Source: Selaginella moellendorffii
Taxonomy: Eukaryota; Plantae; Lycopodiophyta
Reading direction: 5' to 3'
Assembly: GCF_000143415.4 (NCBI RefSeq)
Contig: NW_003314674.1
Span: forward strand, 1 to 8,375
DNA length: 8,375 nucleotides
The notes under the pieces are model-generated. The model was not told the origin of the DNA. It saw only the letters and a list, made by a program, of their open reading frames with translations, and ran no database searches. Made by a program: the position numbers and the translations under genes. Of this stretch, positions 1-8,375 are shown piece after piece (within the stretch, counting starts at the first letter, position 1; every line of letters begins with the position of its first letter).

Positions 1-2
1 AA

Positions 3-3000
3 GAGAGCATAGAGCCGGCCGAGGGGGCTGTCGATGACCAGGTGGAGAATGTCGAGCCCAGGGAGAGTGCTGCAGTCGCGGTCCTGGAGGAGGGAGAAAA
101 GTTGGCGGTGCCAGAGATCGAGAGTGGTGCACCGGATTCCATGCATGCGACAGATCCCATGGTGGAGGACACACAGAGAGCATCTCCTGCCAGTGAAGAC
201 ATTCACGAGGTCGTGGAAGACGAGCAAACCAAAGTCGATGTGCCACAGCGAGTTACCGAACGCGAGGTTGAGCTTCCCATTCCAGTAGAACAACTCCAAG
301 AGTCGGCGAAGGAAGCCCTCCAGGAGCCACAGCCTGTGGCTGAGGCCGTTCCTGGGCCAGAGGCCGTGCCTGAGGCTGCTGAGGAACCTGCCCAGGAGGT
401 GGAACTGGCCGAGCCACTCGTAGCTCAAGTACCAACCACCACAGTGGATGCCGTCTTACACGCACATGAGGAAATCGAGGCCAAAGAGAGCATAGAGCCG
501 GCCGAGGGGGCTGTCGATGACCAGGTGGAGAATGTCGAGCCCAGGGAGAGTGCTGCAGTCGCGGTCCTGGAGGAGGGAGAAAAGTTGGCGGTGCCAGAGA
601 TCGAGAGTGGTGCACCGGATTCCATGCATGCGACAGATCCCATGGTGGAGGACACACAGAGAGCATCTCCTGCCAGTGAAGACATTCACGAGGTCGTGGA
701 AGACGAGCAAACCAAAGTCGATGTGCCACAGCGAGTTACCGAACGCGAGGTTGAGCTTCCCATTCCAGTAGAACAACTCCAAGAGTCGGCGAAGGAAGCC
801 CTCCAGGAGCCACAGCCTGTGGCTGAGGCCGTTCCCGGGACAGAGGCCGTGCCTGAGGCTGCTGAGGAACTTGCCCAGGTGGTGGAACTNNNNNNNNNNN
901 NNNNNNNNNNNNNNNNNNNNNNNNNNNNNNNNNNNNNNNNNNNNNNNNNNNNNNNNNNNNNNNNNNNNNNNNNNNNNNNNNNNNNNNNNGAGCCACTCGT
1001 AGCTCAAGTACCAACTGCCACAGTGGATGCCGTCCTACCCGCACACGAGGAAATCGAGGCCGATGAAAGCATAGAGCCGGCCGAGGGGGCTGTGGATGAC
1101 CAGGTGGAGAATGTCGAGCCCAGGGAGAGTGCTTCAGTCGCGGTCCTGGAGGAGGGAGAAAAGTTGGCGGTGCCAGAGATCGAGAGTGGTGCACCGGATT
1201 CCATGCATGCGACAGATCCCATGGTGGAGGACACACAGGGAGCATCTCCTGCCAGTGAAGACATTCACGAGGTCGTGGAAGACGAGCAAACCAAAGTCGA
1301 TGTGCCACAGCAAGTTTCCGAACGCGAGGTTGAGCTTCCCATTCCAGTAGAAGAACTCCCAGAGTCGGCAAAGGAAGCCGTACAGGAGCCACAGCCTGTG
1401 GTTGAGGCCGTTCCCGGGACAGAGGCCGTGCCTGAGGCTGCTGAGGAACTTGCCCAGGAGGTGGAACTGGCCGAGCCACTCGTAGCTCAAGTACCAACCA
1501 CCACAGTGGATGCCGTCTTACCCGCACACGAGGAAATCGAGGCCGAAGAGAGCATAGAGCCGGCCGAGGGGGCTGTGGATGACCAGGTGGAGAATGTCGA
1601 GCCCAGGGAGAGTGCTTCAGTCGCGGTCCTGGAGGAGGGAGAAAAGTTGGCGGTGCCAGAGATCGAGAGTGGTGCACTGGATTCCATGCATGCGACAGAT
1701 CCCATGGTTGAGGACACACAGAGAGCATCTCCTGCCAGTGAAGACATTCACGAGGTCGTGGAAGACGAGCAAAGCAAAGTTGATGTGCCACAGCAAGTTT
1801 CCGAACGCGAGGTTGAGCTTCCCATTCCAGTAGAACAACTCCAAGAGTCGGCGAAGGAAGCCGTCCAGGAGCCACAGCCTGTGGCTGAGGCCGTTCCCGG
1901 GACAGAGGCCGTGCCTGAGGCTGCTGAGGAACTTGCCCAGGAGGTGGAACTGGCCGAGCCACTCGTAGCTCAAGTACCAACCACCACAGTGGATGCCGTC
2001 TTACCCGCACACGAGGAAATCGAGGCCGAAGAGAGCATAGAGCCGGCCGAGGGGGCTGTGGATGACCAGGTGGAGAATGTCGAGCCCAGGGAGAGTGCTT
2101 CAGTCGCGGTCCTGGAGGAGGGAGAAAAGTTGGCGGTGCCAGAGATCGAGAGTGGTGCACCGGATTCCATGCATGCGACAGATCCCATGGTGGAGGACAC
2201 ACAGAGAGCATCTCCTGCCAGTGAAGACATTCACGAGGTCGTGGAAGACGAGCAAACCAAAGTCGATGTGCCACAGCAAGTTTCCGAACGCGAGGTCGAG
2301 CTTCCCATTCCAGTAGAAGAACTCCCAGAGTCGGCGAACGAAGTCGTCCAGGAGCCACAGCCTGTGGCTGAGGCCGTTCCCGGGCCAGAGGCCGTGCCTG
2401 AGGCTGCTGAGGAACCTGCCCAGGAGGTGGAACTGGCCGAGCCACTCGTAGCTCAAGTACCAACCGCCACAGTGGATGCTGTCTTACCAGCACACAAGGA
2501 AATCGAGGCCGAAGAGAGCATAGAGCCGGCCGAGGTGGCTGTGGATGACCAGGTGGAGAATGTCGAGCCCAGGGAGAGTGCTTCAGTCGCGATCCTGGAG
2601 GAGGGAGAAAAGTTGGCGGTGCCAGAGATCGACAGTGGTGCACCGGATTCCATTTCTGCGACAGATCCCATGGTGGAGGACACACAGGGAGCATGTCCTG
2701 CCAGTGAAGACATTCACGAGCTTGTGGAAGAGGAGCAAATCAAATTCGATGTGCCACAGCAAGTTTCCGAACGCGAGGTCGAGCTTCCCATTCCAGTAGA
2801 AGAACTCCCAGAGTCGGCGAACGAAGTCGTCCAGGAGCCACAGCCTGTGGCTGAGGCCGTTCCCGGGCCAGAGGCCGTGCCTGAGGCTGCTGAGGAACCT
2901 GCCCAGGAGGTGGAACTGGCCGAGCCACTCGTAGCTCAAGTACCAACCGCCACAGTGGATGCTGTCTTACCAGCACACTAGGAAATCGAGGCCGAAGAGA

Positions 3001-5701
3001 GCATAGAGCCGGCCGAGGTGGCTGTGGATGACCAGGTGGAGAATGTCGAGCCCAGGGAGAGTGCTTCAGTCGCGATCCTGGAGGAGGGAGAAAAGTTGGC
3101 GGTGCCAGAGATCGACAGTGGTGCACCGGATTCCATTTCTGCGACAGATCCCATGGTGGAGGACACACAGGGAGCATGTCCTGCCAGTGAAGACATTCAC
3201 GAGCTTGTGGAAGAGGAGCAAATCAAATTCGATGTGCCACAGCAAGTTTCCGAACGCGAGGTCGAGCTTCCCATTCCAGTAGAAGAACTCGCAGAGTCGG
3301 CGAACGAAGTCGTCCAGGAGCCACAGCCTGTGGCTGAGGCCGTTCCCGGGCCAGAGGCCGTGCCTGAGGCTGCTGAAGAACCTGCCCAGGAGGTGGAACT
3401 GGCCGAGCCACTCGTAGCTCAAGTACCAACCGCCACAGTGGATGCTGTCTTACCAGCACACAAGGAAATCGAGGCCGAAGAGAGCATAAAGCCGGCCGAG
3501 GTGGCTGTGGATGACCAGGTGGANNNNNNNNNNNNNNNNNNNNNNNNNNNNNNNNNNNNNNNNNNNNNNNNNNNNNNNNNNNNNNNNNNNNNNNNNNNNN
3601 NNNNNNNNNNNNNNNNNNNNNNNNNNNNNNNNNNNNNNNNNNNNNNNNNNNNNNNNNNNNNNNNNNNNNNNNNNNNNNNNNNNNNNNNNNNNNNNNNNNN
3701 NNNNNNNNNNNNNNNNNNNNNNNNNNNNNNNNNNNNNNNNNNNNNNNNNNNNNNNNNNNNNNNNNNNNNNNNNNNNNNNNNNNNNNNNNNNNNNNNNNNN
3801 NNNNNNNNNNNNNNNNNNNNNNNNNNNNNNNNNNNNNNNNNNNNNNNNNNNNNNNNNNNNNNNNNNNNNNNNNNNNNNNNNNNNNNNNNNNNNNNNNNNN
3901 NNNNNNNNNNNNNNNNNNNNNNNNNNNNNNNNNNNNNNNNNNNNNNNNNNNNNNNNNNNNNNNNNNNNNNNNNNNNNNNNNNNNNNNNNNNNNNNNNNNN
4001 NNNNNNNNNNNNNNNNNNNNNNNNNNNNNNNNNNNNNNNNNNNNNNNNNNNNNNNNNNNNNNNNNNNNNNNNNNNNNNNNNNNNNNNNNNNNNNNNNNNN
4101 NNNNNNNNNNNNNNNNNNNNNNNNNNNNNNNNNNNNNNNNNNNNNNNNNNNNNNNNNNNNNNNNNNNNNNNNNNNNNNNNNNNNNNNNNNNNNNNNNNNN
4201 NNNNNNNNNNNNNNNNNNNNNNNNNNNNNNNNNNNNNNNNNNNNNNNNNNNNNNNNNNNNNNNNNNNNNNNNNNNNNGTCCAGGAGCCAGAGCCTGTTGC
4301 TGAGGCCGTTCCCGGGCCAGAGGCCGTGCCTGAGGCTGCTGAGGAACCTGCCCAGGAGGTGGAACTGGCCGAGCCACTCGTAGCTCAAGTACCAACCGCC
4401 ACAGTGGATGCCGTCTTGCCCGCACACGAGGAAATCGAGGCCGAAGAGAGTATAGAGCCGGCCGAGGGGGCTGTGGATGAGCAGGTGGAGAATGTTGAGC
4501 CCAGGGAGAGTGCTTCAGTCGCGATCCTGGAGGAGGGAGAAAAGTTGGCGGTGCCAGAGATCGACAGTGGTCCACCGGATTCCATTTCTGCGACAGATCC
4601 CATGGTGGAGGACACACAGGGAGCATGTCCTGCCAGTGAAGACATTCACGAGCTTGTGGAAGAGGAGCAAACCAAAGTCGATGTGCCACAGCAAGTTTCC
4701 GAACGCGAGGTCGAGCTTCCCATTCCAGTAGAAGAACTCCCAGAGTCGGCGAAGGAAGCCGTCCAGGAGCCAGAGCCTGTTTCTGAGGCCGTTCCCGGGC
4801 CAGAGGCCGTGCCTGAGGCTGCTGAGGAACCTGCCCAGGAGGTGGAACTGGCCGAGCCACTCGTAGCTCAAGTACCAACCGCCACAGTGGATGCTGTCTT
4901 ACCAGCACACAAGGAAATCGAGGCCGAAGAGAGCATAGAGCCGGCCGAGGTGGCTGTGGATGACCAGGTGGAGAATGTCGAGCCCAGGGAGAGTGCTTCA
5001 GTCGCGATCCTGGAGGAGGGAGAAAAGTTGGCGGTGCCAGAGATCGACAGTGGTGCACCGGATTCCATTTCTGCGACAGATCCCATGGTGGAGGACACAC
5101 AGGGAGCATGTCATGCCAGTGAAGACATTCACGAGCTTGTGGAAGAGGAGCAAACCAAAGTCGATGTGCCACAGCAAGTTTCCGAACGCGAGGTCGAGCT
5201 TCCCATTCCAGTAGAAGAACTCCCAGAGTCGGCAAACGAAGCCGTCCAGGAGCCAGAGCCTGTTGCTGAGGCCGTTCCCGGGACAGAGGCCGTGCCTGAG
5301 GCTGCTGAGGAACCTGCCCAGGAGGTGGAACTGGCCGAGCCACTCGTAGCTCAAGTACCAACGGCCACAGTGGATGCCGTCTTACCCGCACACGAGGAAA
5401 TCGAGGCCGAAGAGAGCATAGAGCCGGCCGAGGGGGCTGTGGATGACCAGGTGGAGAATGTCGAGCCCAGGGAGAGTGCTTCAGTCGCGGTCCTGGAGGA
5501 GGGAGAAAAGTTGGCGGTGCCAGAGATCGAGAGTGGTGCACCGGATTCCATGCATGCAACAGATCCCATGGTGGAGGACACACAGGGAGCATCTCCTGCC
5601 AGTGAAGACATTCACGAGGTCGTGGAAGAGGAGCAAACCAAAGTCGATGTGCCACAGCGAGTTTCCGAACGCGAGGTCGAGCTTCCCATTCCAGTAGAAG
5701 A
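3..5701 (+). CDS. Giant Glu/Ala/Val/Pro-rich tandem-repeat protein, 5'-partial, segment 1 (frame 3); contains one in-frame TAG at 2979-2981
   Basis: Frame 3 is open from position 3 (ESIEPAEGAVDDQVENVEPRES...). The ORF-track starts at 42 and 3018 are internal GTG Val codons. ORFs 42..2981 and 3018..6314 are in the same frame, separated only by a TAG where sister units have AAG or GAG. Unit length is a multiple of 3 and the composition is coherent, acidic and low-complexity. Confidence 0.8.
890..989. other. Assembly gap, 100 N (placeholder of unknown size)
   Basis: Round 100 N. The flanks gtggaact / gagccactcg lack only GGCC relative to the unit, so the true size is probably 4 + n x 483 bp. 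Confidence 0.95.
3524..4277. other. Assembly gap, 754 N, in exact register with the repeat
   Basis: Landmarks 3511 and 4477 differ by 966 = 2 x 483. Confidence 0.95.
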
Positions 5702-8374
5702 CTCCCAGAGTCGGCAAACGAAGTCGTCCAGGAGCCAGAGCCTGTTGCTGAGGCCGTTCCTGGGCCAGAGGCCGTGCCTGAGGCTGCTGAGGAACNNNNN
5801 NNNNNNNNNNNNNNNNNNNNNNNNNNNNNNNNNNNNNNNNNNNNNNNNNNNNNNNNNNNNNNNNNNNNNNNNNNNNNNNNNNNNNNNNNNNNNNNNNNNN
5901 NNNNNNNNNNNNNNNNNNNNNNNNNNNNNNNNNNNNNNNNNNNNNNNNNNNNNNNNNNNNNNNNNNNNNNNNNNNNNNNNNNNNNNNNNNNNNNNNNNNN
6001 NNNNNNNNNNNNNNNNNNNNNNNNNNNNNNNNNNNNNNNNNNNNNNNNNNNNNNNNNNNNNNNNNNNNNNNNNNNNNNNNNNNNNNNNNNNNNNNNNNNN
6101 NNNNNNNNNNNNNNNNNNNNNNNNNNNNNNNNNNNNNNNNNNNNNNNNNNNNNNNNNNNNNNNNNNNNNNNNNNNNNNNNNNNNNNNNNNNNNNNNNNNN
6201 NNNNNNNNNNNNNNGAGCCACAGCCTGTGGCTGAGGCCGTTCCCGGGACAGAGGCCGTGCCTGAGGCTGCTGAGGAACTTGCCCAGGAGGTGGAACTGGC
6301 CGAGCCACTCGTAGCTCAAGTACCAACTGCCACAGTGGATGCTGTCTTACCCGCACACGAGGAAATCGAGGCCGAAGAGAGCATAGAGCCGGCCGAGGGG
6401 GCTGTGGATGACCAGGTGGTGAATGTCGAGCCCAGGGAGAGTGCTGCAGTCGCGGTCCTGGAGGAGGGAGAAAAGTTGGCGGTGCCAGAGATCGAGAGTG
6501 GTGCACCGGATTCCATGCATGCGACAGATCCCATGGTGGAGGACACACAGAGAGCATCTCCTGCCAGTGAAGACATTCACAAGGTCGTGGAAGAGGAGAA
6601 AACCAAAGTCGATGTGCCACAGCGAGTTTCCGAACGCGAGGTTGAGCTTCCCATTCCAGTAGAACAACTCCAAGAGTCGGCGAAGGAAGCCGTCCAGGAG
6701 CCACAGCCTGTGGCTGAGGCCGTTCCTGGGCCAGAGGCCGTGCCTGAGGCTGCTGAGGAACCTGCCCAGGAGGTGGAACTGGCCGAGCCACTCGTAGCTC
6801 AAGTACCAACCACCACAGTGGATGCCGTCTTACCCGCACACGAGGAAATCGAGGCCAAAGAGAGCATTGAGCCGGCCGAGGGGGCTGTGGATGACCAGGT
6901 GGAGAATGTCGAGCCCAGGGAGAGTGCTTCAGTGGCGGTCCTGGAGGAGGGAGAAAAGTTGGCGGTGCCAGAGATCGAGAGTGGTGAACCGGATTCCATG
7001 CATGCGACAGATCCNNNNNNNNNNNNNNNNNNNNNNNNNNNNNNNNNNNNNNNNNNNNNNNNNNNNNNNNNNNNNNNNNNNNNNNNNNNNNNNNNNNNNN
7101 NNNNNNNNNNNNNNNNNNNNNNNNNNNNNNNNNNNNNNNNNNNNNNNNNNNNNNNNNNNNNNNNNNNNNNNNNNNNNNNNNNNNNNNNNNNNNNNNNNNN
7201 NNNNNNNNNNNNNNNNNNNNCCGTGCCTGAGGCTGCTGAGGAACTTGCCCAGGAGGTGGAACTGGCCGAGCCACTCGTAGCTCAAGTACCAACGGCCACA
7301 GTGGATGCCGTCTTACCCGCACACGAGGAAATCGAGGCCGAAGAGAGCATAGAGCCGGCCGAGGGGGCTGTGGATGACCAGGTGGAGAATGTCGAGCCCA
7401 GGGAGAGTGCTTCAGTCGCGGTCCTGGAGGAGGGAGAAAAGTTGGCGGTGCCAGAGATCGAGAGTGGTGCACCGGATTCCATGCATGCGACAGATCCCAT
7501 GGTGGAGGACACACAGAGAGCATCTCATTCCAGTGAAGACATTCACGAGGTCGTGGAAGACGAGCAAACCAAAGTCGATGTGCCACAGCAAGTTTCCGAA
7601 CGCGAGGTTGAGCTTCCCATTCCAGTAGAAGAATTCCCAGAGTCGGCGAAGGAATCCGTACAGGAGCCACAGCCTGTGGTTGAGGCCGTTCCCGGGACAG
7701 AGGCCGTGCCTGAGGCTGCTGAGGAACTTGCCCAGGAGGTGGAACTGGCCGAGCCACTCGTCGGCAGCTCAAGAACCATCACAGTGGATGCCGTCTTACC
7801 CGCACACGAGGAAATCGAGGCCGAAGAGAGTATAGAGCCGGCCGAGGGGGCTGTGGATGAGCAGGTGGAGAATGTCGAGCCCAGGGAGAGTGCTTCAGTC
7901 GCGGTCCTGGAGGAGGGAGAAAAGTTGGCGGTGCCAGAGATCGAGAGTGGTGCACCGGATTCCATGCATGCAACAGATCCCATGGTGGAGGACACACAGG
8001 GAGGATCTCCTGCCAGTGAAGACATTCACGAGCACGTGGAAGAGGAGGAAGTCAATGTCGAGAAGGGACAACAAGTTTCTGAGCGCGGGCTTGGGCTGGC
8101 ATTCCGAGTAGAAGAACTCCCACAGGTGACGAACGAAGCCGTCCAGGAGCCAGAGACTGTTCTTGAGGCCGTTCCCGAGCGAGAGGCCGTGCCTGAGGCT
8201 GCTGAAGAGGCTGCCAAGGGGGTGGAACTGGCCGAGCCAGTCGCAGCTCAAGTACCAACCACCACAGTGGACGCCGTCTTACGTGCACACGATGAAATCA
8301 AGGAGGAAGAGAGCATGGAGCCGGGCGAGGTTGCTGTGAATGACCAGGTGGAGGTTGTCCAGCCCAGGGAGAGT
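5702..8374 (+). CDS. Same repeat protein, segment 2 (frame 2 after the 1-bp deletion), 3'-partial; absent from the ORF track, probably because no stop is reached
   Basis: From ctc cca gag tcg at 5702 the same 161-aa repeat reads in frame 2 with no stop in the sequenced bases, ending ...VNDQVEVVQPRES at the window edge. The frame holds through the indel pair at 7762-7777 and the diverged last unit. Confidence 0.8.
5796..6214. other. Assembly gap, 419 N, in exact register with the repeat
   Basis: Equivalent gagcca motifs at 5732 and 6215 differ by 483. Confidence 0.95.
7015..7220. other. Assembly gap, 206 N, in exact register with the repeat
   Basis: Landmarks 6891 and 7374 differ by 483. Confidence 0.95.
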
Positions 8375-8375
8375 G

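Larger units (their letters stand above)
1..8375 (+). repeat. Coding tandem array of a 483-bp unit, about 17 copies, extending beyond the window at least on the 5' side
   Basis: The same landmark (ATGA in gAT GAc/g cag gtg g) recurs at 34, 517, 1096, 1579, 2062, 2545, 3028, 3511, 4477, 4960, 5443, 6408, 6891, 7374, 7857 and 8340. Spacing is 483 or 966 bp, except +96 across the 100-N gap and -1 across the deletion at about 5701. Two further landmarks fall in N gaps. 483 = 161 codons. Confidence 0.99.

Noticed and set aside
86-97. GGAGG Shine-Dalgarno-like and purine-rich motifs
   Set aside because: These are Glu/Gly codons (ctg gag gag gga gaa) repeated in every unit, with no associated start.
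42-6314. Two separate genes (979 aa and 1098 aa) as given by the ORF track
   Set aside because: Both starts are internal GTG codons in one frame. The ends are a private TAG and a post-frameshift stop.
736-7772. Long minus-strand Pro/Arg-rich ORFs (652, 810 and 763 aa) as an overlapping antisense gene
   Set aside because: They are shadows of one stop-free antisense frame in a single GC-rich unit multiplied by the array, and inflated by N gaps. Common unit variants (gTT Acc at 253/736, aTC Aaa at 2740/3223) freely introduce stops, so the frame is not conserved.
34-8111. Repeated 84-aa (+), 86-aa (-) and 118-aa (-) ORFs as a tandem small-gene cluster
   Set aside because: They are alternative-frame readings of the same unit and lie wholly inside the long acidic frame. 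Their starts and stops come from consensus codons such as gAT Gac and gTA Gaa.
3-8374. Naming the gene as titin, leashin, Pf332 or another known Glu-rich protein
   Set aside because: The resemblance is compositional only. No diagnostic domain or recognisable motif is present in the window.
1-8375. CRISPR array or repeat-spacer system
   Set aside because: Units are 483 bp and similar along their entire length, with no unique spacers, leader or cas genes.
1-8375. Transposon/LTR array or non-coding satellite
   Set aside because: No terminal inverted repeats, target-site duplications or transposase/RT motifs. The unit is a codon multiple and the frame survives divergence and a compensated indel.

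Overview
The whole window is one head-to-tail tandem array of a 483-bp unit, about 17 copies, GC-rich and purine-skewed on the + strand. The + strand encodes an in-frame 161-aa repeat rich in Glu/Ala/Val/Pro (about 36 Glu + 9 Asp vs about 6 Lys/Arg per unit, almost no aromatics or Cys). This is the interior of a giant, very acidic, probably disordered repeat protein with about 2,750 codons in the window and neither start nor natural stop visible. Four N gaps interrupt the array, plus one private in-frame TAG (2979-2981) and one 1-bp deletion (about 5701); both lesions may be assembly errors. The units fall into two subfamilies (A outside, B at about 2480-5140) with chimeric copies. One copy carries a compensating +4/-4 indel pair (7762-7777), and the last copy (from about 8000) is strongly diverged but still in frame. 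All other ORFs in the track are off-frame or antisense shadows. I cannot name the gene or organism. A eukaryotic repeat antigen or PEVK-like/tether protein is my best inference. I found no multi-gene system, RNA gene, mobile element or CRISPR array.
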